DNA from: Myxococcales bacterium
GTDB lineage: Bacteria; Myxococcota_A; Polyangia; Polyangiales; Polyangiaceae
DNA: 59,455 nucleotides
Assembly: GCA_043747615.1 (NCBI GenBank)
Contig: JAYTOU010000036.1
Coordinates: 1-59,455 of the forward strand
Reading direction: 5' to 3'
A program made the position numbers and the translations under genes. The notes below the pieces were generated by a model that was not told the DNA's origin, ran no database searches, and was given only the letters and a program-made list of their open reading frames with translations. How positions within the stretch are numbered: position 1 is the first letter of the stretch; each line of letters starts with the position of its first letter. Below are positions 44,850-54,974 of this stretch, piece after piece.

Positions 44850-46820
44850 TCAGCGCGTGCGCTCGTCGATCGCGCTGATCGTTTTCTCGAGCGAGCCGTC
44901 CTTGTGCATGCACGGATAGCAGTCGCGCGAGCCGACGAAGCCGCAGCCCCGCCTCGACGCGTACCCCTTGAGGGCGGTGACGGTGCGCGCGTCCCCCACC
45001 TCGCTCGCCTCTGCAAAATGAGACTTTTTCGCGTCGCACCCGGCGGCCGAGCGCAGAGCGATGGTCACCTGGAGCGCGGGCTTGGCGAGCGCTTTTACTT
45101 CGGATCGAACGAGCGATTTCTGGGCGCGTGACGCGGCGAGGGGATACTGCGCGCCCGATTGTCCGTAGGCGATGTCGTAAAGAATGTCTGGCCCCGCCCA
45201 GCCCATTTGGGTCTCGAGGAGAGCGAATGCGGCATCGGCGGATTCCTTCCCGATGGCGCTGTTGCGCACGTCCTCGAGGAGCTTCAGATCGTCGATCGCC
45301 TTGGCATCCGTCTTCAACCAGAGCTCAGCCTCGCGCATCGCGTCCTTGGTAGCGTGCGTCGCGGTGTAGGCTTTTTCCAGCTCGCGGTGAATCTCGGCGC
45401 GCTCGCCGTGTGCGCCTTCCAGCTCCGAGAGCTTGGCGATCCCGGTCGCGTAGTTTCCTTTTTTCGTCTCTTCGACCGCCTCGTTGATCTGGGTGTCGAG
45501 GTTCTTGTCGATGGGCTTCGGGGGCACCGTCACGATCGGCGCGACCCCTGCATCGGCGTCGGCGTTGGTCGTCTTGCCCGCGCCGGTGAGGACAATCACG
45601 AAGATGACGAGGGCAATGAAAGCGCTCGTGCCGAGGCCCAGGTAAAGGAGAAGTCGGGGATGTTCTCGATAGAGCAGGTGCGCTTTGTTGACGAGCGGAT
45701 CCCACGCCGGGCGCGGACCGGTGACGATCGGCAGCCCACTCGACGGATCGTAGTTGGCGATGGAGACGCGCGCATTGTTCACCCCCGCGAGCGAGCCACT
45801 GCGTGCGCTGTTTACGGGCGCGCCGGGGAGGTTTCCGTAGTCGGGTCTCCACACCGCGTCGATCGCATCGGAGAGCTCTTTAGAGTCGGCGTAGCGGTGG
45901 GTCGATTCCTTGGCCAGCATGCGGATGAGAATGGCCTCGACCTCGTGGGGGACGATCGCCTCGGGGGCTTTCACGGCGATGGGCGGCACAGCGGCAGTCA
46001 CGTGCATCCCGAGGAGGGTGACCTTGCTCGCGTGATCAAAGGGCCTCACGCCGGCCAGCATTTCGTAGCCGATGACGCCGAGCGAATAGATGTCGGCCCG
46101 CGGATCGACAGGCTGACCGAGCGCCTGTTCCGGCGCCATGTACTCGGGCGTGCCGTAGACCATCCCCAGCTGCGTAAGCACGGGCTGCGACGGACCGAGC
46201 GGCGTCTGGCTCTGGGAGAGAGTGCCCACGGGCACCTTGGCGATGCCGAAATCGAGCACCTTCACGAAGTCGTGCTCGCCCTCCCGGTTGACGAGCATCA
46301 CGTTCTCGGGTTTGAGATCGCGATGCACGATGCCGAGCGCGTGCGCGCGCTGAAGGGCGGCGGCGATCTGGCGAAGGATGCGGAGCGCGCGGCCGGTCTC
46401 CAGGCGGCCAACGGCGATGACGTCGCGTAGGCTCTCGCCCTCGACGAACTCGAGCACCAAGAAAAACGAACCGTCCTCGAGCTTCCCGAAATCGGTCGCG
46501 GTCGCCACGTTCGGATGATCAATGTGAGCTGCGGCCATCGCCTCACGCTCGAAACGCGCCACCACTTCCGGAAGGCGGCTCATCTCCGGATGCAGCACCT
46601 TCACGGCGAGACGCTTTCGCATATGGGTGTGCTCGGCCTGATAGACCGCACCCATTCCGCCTTCACCAAGGAGCTTCTCTATCTTGTAGCGGCCACTCAG
46701 AGTCGTTCCGATGAGCGACGCGGGGCCCGCCGGGCGCAAGCTTGCCCGTTCCTCAACGCGCTCACTCGCCGCGTCGGCTTTCGACTTCGCCTCCGCGGCG
46801 TTCGGATCAGTGGAGGCCAT
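44850..46820 (-). CDS. Transmembrane Ser/Thr protein kinase
   Basis: LGEGGMG, AVKVL, HRDLKPEN, DFG, GTPEYMAPEQ; one TM; helical extracytoplasmic domain with terminal Cys cluster. Confidence 0.95.
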   Translation of the reverse strand: MASTDPNAAEAKSKADAASERVEERASLRPAGPASLIGTTLSGRYKIEKLLGEGGMGAVYQAEHTHMRKRLAVKVLHPEMSRLPEVVARFEREAMAAAHIDHPNVATATDFGKLEDGSFFLVLEFVEGESLRDVIAVGRLETGRALRILRQIAAALQRAHALGIVHRDLKPENVMLVNREGEHDFVKVLDFGIAKVPVGTLSQSQTPLGPSQPVLTQLGMVYGTPEYMAPEQALGQPVDPRADIYSLGVIGYEMLAGVRPFDHASKVTLLGMHVTAAVPPIAVKAPEAIVPHEVEAILIRMLAKESTHRYADSKELSDAIDAVWRPDYGNLPGAPVNSARSGSLAGVNNARVSIANYDPSSGLPIVTGPRPAWDPLVNKAHLLYREHPRLLLYLGLGTSAFIALVIFVIVLTGAGKTTNADADAGVAPIVTVPPKPIDKNLDTQINEAVEETKKGNYATGIAKLSELEGAHGERAEIHRELEKAYTATHATKDAMREAELWLKTDAKAIDDLKLLEDVRNSAIGKESADAAFALLETQMGWAGPDILYDIAYGQSGAQYPLAASRAQKSLVRSEVKALAKPALQVTIALRSAAGCDAKKSHFAEASEVGDARTVTALKGYASRRGCGFVGSRDCYPCMHKDGSLEKTISAIDERTR

Positions 46821-46862
46821 GCGCGCGGTTCTGACGGATACCACACCGGCCGGGCCGCGGCA

Positions 46863-47519
46863 TCAGAGGTCGAGCCCCACCCCGAACGTGAGGAAAAGCG
46901 CCGCGCTATCGTGACCGATCGTCGCCAGATCCGTCTGGAGCCCATTGGCGGTGGAAGCAGGGCGGAAGTTGTAGAGGTTGCCGGTGAAACCGAACCCCAG
47001 CTTCGTGCCGAGCTCAGCGGTGAGCTCCCACGGCTTTCTGACCATGTAGGCCATGCCGATTCCAACCGGGATTTCGAAGTAGCTCCCGCCCGCGCCGCCC
47101 GCGAGGAGATCTTCGGACGTGTTGTTCGGGGGCAGAACAAGGCGCAGGTGGTAGCTCGGGCCGTACACCCCCGCGTAGCCGAAGCCCACGAAGACCCAGC
47201 TTCGGAAATCCCCGCGCGGCCACGGAGGCGTGATCTTTGCGCGGGCTCCCGCGGCCGTGGTTCGGCGGGAAGGTTCAGGGCCATTCGCGGGGCCGATGTC
47301 GTGGGAAACATAGGCGCCGACACGCACGAACGGCAGGAGCGCGACGTGTCCTTGAAGCGAAAAATAGGGTCCAAAACCGCCGTCGCCGACACCGCTACTG
47401 AGAAAGCGGCGCATGACCCCAGCGTTGGCGCTCGCATCCCATTTGAGCTGCGCGGACGAAGGATGCGCCACCAGAAAAACGGCCGCAGCTAGGAAAGTTG
47501 CCGCCAAGCGCCTGCTCAC
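46863..47519 (-). CDS. Putative outer-membrane beta-barrel protein
   Basis: Signal peptide; amphipathic strands; ends LTFGVGLDL. Confidence 0.7.
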   Translation of the reverse strand: MSRRLAATFLAAAVFLVAHPSSAQLKWDASANAGVMRRFLSSGVGDGGFGPYFSLQGHVALLPFVRVGAYVSHDIGPANGPEPSRRTTAAGARAKITPPWPRGDFRSWVFVGFGYAGVYGPSYHLRLVLPPNNTSEDLLAGGAGGSYFEIPVGIGMAYMVRKPWELTAELGTKLGFGFTGNLYNFRPASTANGLQTDLATIGHDSAALFLTFGVGLDL

Positions 47520-47552
47520 GCGCGGCACAGTAGCACGCGTGGTAACCTTTCT

Positions 47553-48278
47553 ATGCGGATGCGACGACTGCTCGTTCTCGGAATATGCGCCTTCAGCTGG
47601 CCCGCTGTTGCGCAGGTGAATCTGCCGCCGCCGCCGCCTCCGCCGCTGTCTACGAACCAGCCGCCCTCGCCGCCGCCGCCGTCGTCATCGCCACGCCCGC
47701 GTCCCACGACTTCGCCCGCTCCTGCTCCCGCCCCCGCGCCTCGACCACACCCCGCGCCGCAAGAGCGCGCGCCCGAGCCACGCGAACCCCGCGAAGCTCG
47801 TTCGGAGCCGTCGTATGGTGGCGGACGCCCCTGGTCGCTGCGGCTCAATCCCCTGCCGATATTCTCGGCGCGGGCGAGTGTGGATGCAGAGTACACCTTT
47901 TCTCCGCACCACGCCGTCGTGCTCTCGCCGAACGTAACGTTCTCCGCCGACCGGCAGCGATTCACGTCCATCGGCTTCGGAGACACCAGCCCCGAGTCGT
48001 CCGGGCTCGGCGCGGAGGTCGGCTACCATTACTGGCTCAACCCTACGGCGGAAGGCGTCTTTCTCGGGCCGGCGCTCCTCCTCGGGGTCACGTCGTATCC
48101 GGGTTTCGGATCGCGCTTCAACTACGGCGCGGCCTTCGATGTGGGGTACCAGGTCATTCTCGCGGGCGGCTTCACCGTGATGGCGGGTGGTGGCTTGCTC
48201 CTCATCGGCCAATCCGGCGCCGGGAACGTGATCCACCTCCTTCCCCGCGCACTCTTGGGCATCGGCTGGAGCTTCTAA
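47553..48278 (+). CDS. Putative outer-membrane beta-barrel protein (DUF3575-like) with Pro-rich N-terminus
   Basis: Signal peptide; poly-Pro; LNPL, EVGYHYW, DVGYQ, terminal IGWSF. Confidence 0.75.
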   Translation: MRMRRLLVLGICAFSWPAVAQVNLPPPPPPPLSTNQPPSPPPPSSSPRPRPTTSPAPAPAPAPRPHPAPQERAPEPREPREARSEPSYGGGRPWSLRLNPLPIFSARASVDAEYTFSPHHAVVLSPNVTFSADRQRFTSIGFGDTSPESSGLGAEVGYHYWLNPTAEGVFLGPALLLGVTSYPGFGSRFNYGAAFDVGYQVILAGGFTVMAGGGLLLIGQSGAGNVIHLLPRALLGIGWSF

Positions 48279-48287
48279 AGGCCCTTA

Positions 48288-48323
48288 AACGAAAAACGGG
48301 AAACCCCGACGTGGGGTCTCCCG
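48288..48323 (-). terminator. Putative intrinsic terminator for the TRL-like gene
   Basis: Hairpin CGGGAAACCCC-GACGT-GGGGTCTCCCG with an A-tract on its left (U-tract on the minus strand). Confidence 0.6.
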
Positions 48324-48379
48324 AATTCCGAGAAACGACATCCGCGCTCAACTGCAGCGCGAGGGTCGTAAATCCAAGG

Positions 48380-48715
48380 CTACTTGCCGTGGATTTCCGT
48401 GCAGCCCTGCGTGTAGATGCCGAGGATGTTGAAGCTGCGGAGCTCGACCGAGTGGACGTCGGAGATCCCGCCGGCCTTCTTGGCTGCGTCGATGCTCGCG
48501 TCGCCCCAGGCGGCAATGCCGAGGATTCCGGTTGCGCAGGCCTCGCCGGCCTTGTCGCCGGTCTTGCCGGTGCCCGAGATCTCAGCGCGGTCAACGCCGT
48601 GCGGCGCCGTGACGCCGGTGTAGAGCGAGCCCGAGGGATAGGGGCCGCTGACAGTCGCGCAGCCGGTTCCGATGAAGAGCACGCCCGAAACAAAAGCCAA
48701 CTTCGCAAAATTCAT
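48380..48715 (-). CDS. TRL-like family lipoprotein
   Basis: Lipobox GTG-C; K.GEACA..ILG..AWGDASI.AA...GI, ILGIY...CT...G; GGGAGG RBS. Confidence 0.85.
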   Translation of the reverse strand: MNFAKLAFVSGVLFIGTGCATVSGPYPSGSLYTGVTAPHGVDRAEISGTGKTGDKAGEACATGILGIAAWGDASIDAAKKAGGISDVHSVELRSFNILGIYTQGCTEIHGK

Positions 48716-48864
48716 ATGAGCCTCCCGTAAAAGAACTGCCGGTGTAGGTAGAGCGGAAACAACGTGAAAAAGTGGGCATCCGCTAACATGGTCGCGCTTT
48801 ATCTGTCAAGCAGACGACATTGTCGCTATTTGCCACGCGCCTGAGGTATCTCCCCGCGGCCCGT

Positions 48865-49536
48865 ATGTACAGCCCTCGTTGGATCTCTCTTTTGTTGATC
48901 GTACTTGCGGCATCTTCGCTCGTAAAAGTCGCGCTGGCCCAGGAAACTGCAGAACCGCCGCGGTCAGCACCTGCGCCCGCGCCGGAACCTGCGACCACCA
49001 CCGCCCCTCCAGCGCCCGCCCCCGCGCCTCCACCCGCCGTACCTGAGGCTGACATGTCCGCGCCGCCCGAGCGGAAACCACAAGGGTCCGACGAGCATCT
49101 ACCGGTTGGCCGCAGCCCGGCGATGGTCCGCCTGCTCCGCCGCCAAGCGACGTGGGATTTAAACCTCGAAGGGGGGCTCGGCGGGGTGTGGGCAACGCCG
49201 CCGCATCACGCGATAGGCTTTGCGCGCGCGCGGGCGGGAGCCACCTTCGTCCGTGATCCGTTCCTCGATACGTTTGGGCTCACCTACGAATATTCGGGGC
49301 TCTCGCCGGCGACGTTCGGGGTCCAAGCCGAGGTGGCGTGGCTCGAAAAAGGATTCTGGGCGCAGGGCGGGCTTCTCTACGACGTGAGCGGGCGCGGGGG
49401 TGTGATGGCGGCGCTCGGCTGGGCGATCTTCGGCGTGGAGACGGACTACCGCAACGCCGAGCAGACCGGAAAAGCGTGGGCGCTCTACGCCAAGCTCCGC
49501 ATTCCCGTGAGCCTCTTCATCCGCGCGCTGCCGTAA
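48865..49536 (+). CDS. Hypothetical exported protein, Pro-rich N-terminus and beta-strand-rich domain
   Basis: Signal peptide ending ALA-Q; PAPA repeats; amphipathic strands. Confidence 0.7.
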   Translation: MYSPRWISLLLIVLAASSLVKVALAQETAEPPRSAPAPAPEPATTTAPPAPAPAPPPAVPEADMSAPPERKPQGSDEHLPVGRSPAMVRLLRRQATWDLNLEGGLGGVWATPPHHAIGFARARAGATFVRDPFLDTFGLTYEYSGLSPATFGVQAEVAWLEKGFWAQGGLLYDVSGRGGVMAALGWAIFGVETDYRNAEQTGKAWALYAKLRIPVSLFIRALP

Positions 49537-49553
49537 GCGGGAGGCGCGCGCCC

Positions 49554-50378
49554 TCAGTTCATCGAGGACTTCTTCGCCTTCAATTCTTTTAGGCGCTCGC
49601 GGATCTGCGGCGCGTCTTCGGCGAAGGGCGCAAGCTCCAGAAAACGCTGCAAATCAGCCTGCGCCGCGCTCGTCGCCCCAAGCTTCGCCGACAGAAGGCC
49701 GCGCTCGCGAAGTGGCTCAGGCGCATTCGGCGTGAGGCACACCATTCGATCGATCGCGAGCATCGCCCGAGCCATGTCGCCCCGTGAGAGGTAGATCCCG
49801 CGGAGGTTGTGGAGAACGCGGAGAAGGACGGCGCGTGCGCTCGCCGGCGCAAGGTGCTCGACGCGAACCGGTGCGCTCTTTCCAGTGACGCGTTCGAGGA
49901 GCTTCGCGAGCGCCTCGTGATCCAGAATTTTTCCGCCGAAGAATGGATCGACGAGGACCGGCTCGTCACGGTCGAGCGGATCGATCCGCACCAGGAAGTG
50001 CCCCGGAAAACCGACGCCGCGTGCGCGCACGCCCACCCGCCGCGCCACCTCGCAGTACACGACAGCAAGAGTGATCGGGATTCCCACGCGACGGTCCATC
50101 ACGTCTGAAATCAGGCTATTTCGTGGGTCGTAGTAGTCGTCCTCGTTCCCCGCAAAGGCGCACTTCACGTAGAGATGCTCGGCGAGGGCGACGGCCTGTT
50201 CGTGCGGCGAAAGAAGCGCTAGCCCGGCGTCGGCGAGGGGAGCGGCGAGCTCGTCGAAGCGCGTGAGGAGGGCCTCGACATCGAGATTGCCGTAGACGTC
50301 GCGGGCGATGAGAGCGGCTCCGACGGCCACATCCATCGCGGCGTCGTCTCTCGCGGCAAGCGCCTCGAAGGTCTCCAC
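49554..50378 (-). CDS. SirB1-family transglutaminase-like / TPR protein
   Basis: FAGN.DDYYDPRNS...V.DRR.GIPITL, GVGFPGHFLVR, VDPF; C-terminal TPR (RERG); start estimated. Confidence 0.9.
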   Translation of the reverse strand: METFEALAARDDAAMDVAVGAALIARDVYGNLDVEALLTRFDELAAPLADAGLALLSPHEQAVALAEHLYVKCAFAGNEDDYYDPRNSLISDVMDRRVGIPITLAVVYCEVARRVGVRARGVGFPGHFLVRIDPLDRDEPVLVDPFFGGKILDHEALAKLLERVTGKSAPVRVEHLAPASARAVLLRVLHNLRGIYLSRGDMARAMLAIDRMVCLTPNAPEPLRERGLLSAKLGATSAAQADLQRFLELAPFAEDAPQIRERLKELKAKKSSMN

Positions 50379-50499
50379 GCTCGATGCCCCCGGAGGTGTG
50401 TCGGGCGAAGATGCGGGACGGCTCACGAGGGCGAAGCGAGGATCGGGCACTTCTTCGGGATGCCTCGCGGACGCGATTTGTGCAAGTGTGCGCGCGCCC

Positions 50500-51723
50500 A
50501 TGGCCAAGACCTCCGTCACATCCGCAGCAAGCAAGAACACGATCCGCAGGGAATTCGAGCACGCGCGGAACGTTCACCCCACCGGCATTACGGGCAAGGA
50601 GCGCCCCGCCGACATCCTCGCCAGCGCGTTCCCGGCGTACGTCGGACGGCAAGAGCGCACTGCCTTCGAGCTCATGCGCCGGAGCGTGAAGGAAGACTGC
50701 GCGATCTTTCTCACCTTGTCAGGAGCGATGACGCCCGCGGGCCTTCACCAGTCCTGCCTGATCCCGCTCCTCGACCGCGGTCTCATCGACTGCATCACCA
50801 CCACCGGCGCCAATCTCTATCACGACGCGCATCGCATCATTGGCCACCGCGTGCGGGAGATCGAGCCGAATGCGGGGGATCTCCAGTACCGTTTGGCGCG
50901 CATCATCCGCATTTACGATCTCGGTTTCTGGGAAGAGACGCTGCTCGAGACCGACAAATTATTTTCGGCGATCCTCCAGAAAAAAGAATTTCAAAAGCGG
51001 ATGACGACCGTGGAGCTCCACTATCTCCTCGGAAAAAATATCGCGGCCATGGAAGACGCACTCGGGGCGAAGAGCCCGTCGCTCCTCGCTACGGCCTACC
51101 GCTACGGCGTTCCCATTTTCGTCGGTGCGGTGCAAGACGGCTCCATCTTCCTCAACATCGTGAAGTTGAAGCGCCTCCTCGGGAGCGAGTTCAAGCTCGA
51201 GATCGACGTCAACGACGACGTCTTCGAGATGGGCGCGATGCAGCACCACTGCTTCTCGACGCTGAAGAAGAAGATGGCTGTGTGGATCTTGGGCGGAGGC
51301 GTTCCAAAGAACTACACGCTCCAGGGCGAGCCTCTACTCGATCAGATCCTCGGCGTGCCCACCCATGGCTTCGACATCGATCTGCAGTTCTGCGTAGATC
51401 CGGTGGACAACGGCGCGCTCAGCTCGTGCCCCGCCGGCGAGGGGCACACCTGGGGCAAAGTCTCCGCAGAGAGCGTGGCCACCGGCTCGGTCTACGTTCA
51501 CACCGACGTAACCGCCGTCTTTCCTTGGCTCACCTATGCGCTGCTCTCCGATCCGACGATCCATCGCAAGCACCGCCGCCTGTACGGCGCGCGCGAGGAG
51601 GCCGTAAACACGCTGGATCGTGAGGTCATGAAGAGGCGAAAGAAGCTCGCCCCGACCATGAATTTTACGCTCCCGAAACCGAAGAAAAAGAAGGCTAAGA
51701 GGAAGGTCGCGCGCCGGGCATGA
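50500..51723 (+). CDS. Deoxyhypusine-synthase-like protein (possible homospermidine synthase)
   Basis: SGAMTPAG, TTGANLYHD, DGSI, GGGVPKN, GALS, TWGK (catalytic Lys position). Confidence 0.9.
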   Translation: MAKTSVTSAASKNTIRREFEHARNVHPTGITGKERPADILASAFPAYVGRQERTAFELMRRSVKEDCAIFLTLSGAMTPAGLHQSCLIPLLDRGLIDCITTTGANLYHDAHRIIGHRVREIEPNAGDLQYRLARIIRIYDLGFWEETLLETDKLFSAILQKKEFQKRMTTVELHYLLGKNIAAMEDALGAKSPSLLATAYRYGVPIFVGAVQDGSIFLNIVKLKRLLGSEFKLEIDVNDDVFEMGAMQHHCFSTLKKKMAVWILGGGVPKNYTLQGEPLLDQILGVPTHGFDIDLQFCVDPVDNGALSSCPAGEGHTWGKVSAESVATGSVYVHTDVTAVFPWLTYALLSDPTIHRKHRRLYGAREEAVNTLDREVMKRRKKLAPTMNFTLPKPKKKKAKRKVARRA

Positions 51724-53021
51724 GCACGCACTTGAAGACGCGGAGCGTGGCCGAGTGCCGCCGCGCGATCCTCGATCGCAATCGCGACCTCCGAGCGCTC
51801 ATACAGGTGCTCGACACGCCACTTCGCGATGAGCGAGCGGGGCCGAGCGCGCCTCTCTTCGACGTGCCGTACGTGCTGAAAGACACCTGGAACACCGCAG
51901 GAATTCTCACCACGGGCGGGTCATGGCGGCACCGCGCGCGCGTGCCTTCGTCGTCGAGCGTCGTCTTTACGACGTTCCAGGAGGCGGGCGCGGTGCTCCT
52001 CGGGAAATCGAACATGTGCGATCTCGCGTTCTCGCCAGAGAGCGACAATCACATCATTGGCGCCACCCGAAATCCGCTCGACGTGGAGCGCACCTCGGGG
52101 GGCAGCACCGGCGGAGGCGCCGCGGCAATTGCGGCAGGCATGGCTGCCTTCGATTGGGGCTCCGATTTCGGGGGATCGGTGCGCATGCCGGCGGCGTTCT
52201 GCGGCATCGTCGGACTTCGTCTCTCCTTTCGAGAGTGGCCGATCCCCGACGATTTTTTTCCGACCACGCCGAAGCTCGACGTGGAGCTGCATGGGATGGG
52301 TCCGCTCGCTCGCACTGTCGACGGCGTTAGAGACGTCATGCGCGCGGCTGAGAGCTTGCGAAGCTCTCCGCTCGGACAAATCCGCCCATTCACGGGCCGC
52401 GTGCATATTTATGGGCCGGATGCAGCAACGGAAAGAGAGTGGCCCACGTTCGTCGGGGACGCGGCGCGCGCGCTCGTGGCGGTCGGTGCGCGTTTCGATG
52501 TCGATCGCGCCATCCCCTCGCCAAGCGCGGTGACGGAAGCGTACGACAGCTACCTTTGCTCGAATTTCGAAACCTTCCTCGCGACGGGGGAGCTTCCGCT
52601 TCGCGAGGGACTGCCGGCCGTGCTCCTCGGTCTCGCCTCGGGCGGACGGCTCGATCGGCGCATTCACCCGAACAGCGGAATGCTCCTGATGGCGCTCGCC
52701 CTGGGGCGGCTCTCGATCTACCGCGACGCGCGCCTGGCACGTGCTCGGGTGGACCGCGTGCGTGACGCGATGAGCGCGCTGTGGGAACGTGGAGATTTGG
52801 TCGTCGCCCCCACCACCACGGAGACCGCCCCCCGCCATGGTCGCGCCGGCTTTTCTCGTCATCTCCTGACGTTTGCCAAGCTTGGAAATCTGACCGACTC
52901 GACGTGCGTGGCCATCCCCTTCGGACGATTTCCGAACGGGCTTCCGCGTTCACTCCAGGTGATGGGCCCGCCCGGCTCCGAGCACGAAGTCTTGGACTTG
53001 GCCGCGCGCCTGGAAGGCTAG
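51720..53021 (+). CDS. Amidase-signature family amidase
   Basis: LKD, GAVLLGKSN, TSGGSTGG, GSDFGGSVRMPAAFCG; ATGA overlap with the upstream gene. Confidence 0.9.
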   Translation: MSTHLKTRSVAECRRAILDRNRDLRALIQVLDTPLRDERAGPSAPLFDVPYVLKDTWNTAGILTTGGSWRHRARVPSSSSVVFTTFQEAGAVLLGKSNMCDLAFSPESDNHIIGATRNPLDVERTSGGSTGGGAAAIAAGMAAFDWGSDFGGSVRMPAAFCGIVGLRLSFREWPIPDDFFPTTPKLDVELHGMGPLARTVDGVRDVMRAAESLRSSPLGQIRPFTGRVHIYGPDAATEREWPTFVGDAARALVAVGARFDVDRAIPSPSAVTEAYDSYLCSNFETFLATGELPLREGLPAVLLGLASGGRLDRRIHPNSGMLLMALALGRLSIYRDARLARARVDRVRDAMSALWERGDLVVAPTTTETAPRHGRAGFSRHLLTFAKLGNLTDSTCVAIPFGRFPNGLPRSLQVMGPPGSEHEVLDLAARLEG

Positions 53022-53066
53022 TCGACCTTCGCCAGATTGTGCCGCGCGGTACGCATCACGCAGCCC

Positions 53067-53423
53067 TTAGTCGAAGCCGAGCGACTGAATCAGCTCGAAG
53101 AGAGCGAGGACGGCGGCGGGCTCGGTGTGGAGGAAAGTTACTCCCACGAGGGTCATGGGATCGACCCTCGATCGCGGCCTGACCCACGCCACGCGCGCGC
53201 CGATGCTGAGAGGATCCCAGAGCGTGGGCGCCAAGAAATCCAGGCTCACCTCTTCGCCTTCGCGAATCGTCTGCGGAAACTCCATACACGCGCCGCCCAG
53301 ACTCACATTACGGATGCGCACGTCCCAGCGCCACCCGTCGGTCATGTGAGAAACGGTGGCGCCCAGCCGCACGTTCCTGCGGTCGTGAACGCGAAATGCC
53401 CCGGCTCGCGCTTCCGCTCCCAT
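53067..53423 (-). CDS. PilZ-domain protein
   Basis: RxxxR (RVHDR), NVSLGG, ARVAW, VGVTF. Confidence 0.85.
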   Translation of the reverse strand: MGAEARAGAFRVHDRRNVRLGATVSHMTDGWRWDVRIRNVSLGGACMEFPQTIREGEEVSLDFLAPTLWDPLSIGARVAWVRPRSRVDPMTLVGVTFLHTEPAAVLALFELIQSLGFD

Positions 53424-53537
53424 CACGGACGAAAGTACCACGAGGGCTACCTGAACACGTGCACCGATCGACGGTTCCGGCACGCGAACACCCAAGTTTA
53501 GCGTTTCTCATCAAAGACCGGTTACGATGATTCTCCG

Positions 53538-54974
53538 ATGACCCAGGACACCCGCAAAGATCCGCGCGCGAAAATCGTAAGCCTGAACGTCCGCTACAAG
53601 AGCGCGACGGTCGACGAATTCATCGAGAATCACTCCCATGACGTCAGCAAGGGGGGGATCTTCATCAAGACCTCGACCCCATTTCCCCAGGGAACGCTAC
53701 TGAAATTCGAGATTCGCCTCTCGGGCGATCAAGCGGTGATCGCGGGAGTGGGTCGCGTCGTGTGGAAGCGCGAAGCGAATACGTCGGGCTCCGAAAGCCC
53801 GGCGGGCATGGGCGTAAAGTTCATCAAGATCGACGAAAATTCGCGGACGGTGATCGATCGCCTGGTCGGTACGAAAGAGAACGCCGGCATCGCATTCACC
53901 GCCGAGCTAGAGAAGAAGCAACCCGACGAGAAGACCCTTCAAGGAATGGGCATTCCCAAGGGCGCGTTCCTCGGCACGGGCGCCCCGCAGAGTCCCGCTT
54001 CCGCGCCGCCCCGCCCGGCAGGAGAGGCCTCGCACCTCAAGTCGACGATCATGGGCATGGGGGCCGTGAAGGACCCGGCGGCCGCGCCCGGCACCGTGAC
54101 GCCGGCAGCCGGAGCTGGTTTCTTCCCGGCGACGAACTCCGAAGCCGACATGCCGCCGCCCGAAGAGCGGACGATGATGAAGCAAGCCGCCGAGCTGCTT
54201 GAAGAAGCGCTCAAGGGCGCCGGCGGATCGATGGACGAGATCGGCACGAATCCACTTTTCGCAGGGCCGGCGACGGTTGCCAAAGCCGGGCCGACGACGA
54301 CGCCCGAAGTGACGGACGCGAAGAAAGAGATCGAAGCGACTTCGCCGCCGTCGACGGTGCGGGACACGCCTCTCGCAAAAGAGTCAGCGCCCCCGCCGAG
54401 CTCCAAACCGCCTGCTGCCGCTACGGCGAGCGTCAAGCCCGCGCCGCGCGCTGCAGCCGCGGTGGCACGCGCGTCGGAATCCACGCCGCCGGCCGCAGCT
54501 AGCAAATTTCCGGCATGGGCCTGGGCACCGATCCTCCTCGTCGTCGCCGGAGGCCTTGTTTTTGCCCTCAAGCCCGACTTGTTCGGTGGGGGCTCGGCGG
54601 TCCCCGCGCCGACCGCAGTACCGTCGACTCCCGTGAGCGTTGCGCCCGTCGATTCGGTGGTTCCCATGGCAGCCGTCGATGCTGCAATCGCCACGGTTTC
54701 AGATGCATCTGCGCTCGGCATGGTCGGCGCGACTGCCGATGCGGGCGCGGCAAAGGATTCTGGGCCGTCGACCATGACGGTCGTTGCGCCGGTCGTCACG
54801 CCTCCGGTCATCAAGCCGCCGCCGCCCGCTGCTCCGCCGAAGCCGAAGCCGCCGGTCGTGACGCCCGAAGGCGCGGCGCCCGTCGACGAGACGGCGACGC
54901 CGAAGCCCGCGCCAACCCCGAAGCCGCCGACGACTCCGAAGAAGCCTGCCGACGACTCCGACAATCCTTACTGA
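53538..54974 (+). CDS. TIGR02266-type PilZ-like protein with TM and Pro-rich tail
   Basis: RKDPR, F.E....DVSKGGIFIKT, GRVVW, PAGMGVKF; one TM; tail ending DNPY. Confidence 0.88.
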   Translation: MTQDTRKDPRAKIVSLNVRYKSATVDEFIENHSHDVSKGGIFIKTSTPFPQGTLLKFEIRLSGDQAVIAGVGRVVWKREANTSGSESPAGMGVKFIKIDENSRTVIDRLVGTKENAGIAFTAELEKKQPDEKTLQGMGIPKGAFLGTGAPQSPASAPPRPAGEASHLKSTIMGMGAVKDPAAAPGTVTPAAGAGFFPATNSEADMPPPEERTMMKQAAELLEEALKGAGGSMDEIGTNPLFAGPATVAKAGPTTTPEVTDAKKEIEATSPPSTVRDTPLAKESAPPPSSKPPAAATASVKPAPRAAAAVARASESTPPAAASKFPAWAWAPILLVVAGGLVFALKPDLFGGGSAVPAPTAVPSTPVSVAPVDSVVPMAAVDAAIATVSDASALGMVGATADAGAAKDSGPSTMTVVAPVVTPPVIKPPPPAAPPKPKPPVVTPEGAAPVDETATPKPAPTPKPPTTPKKPADDSDNPY

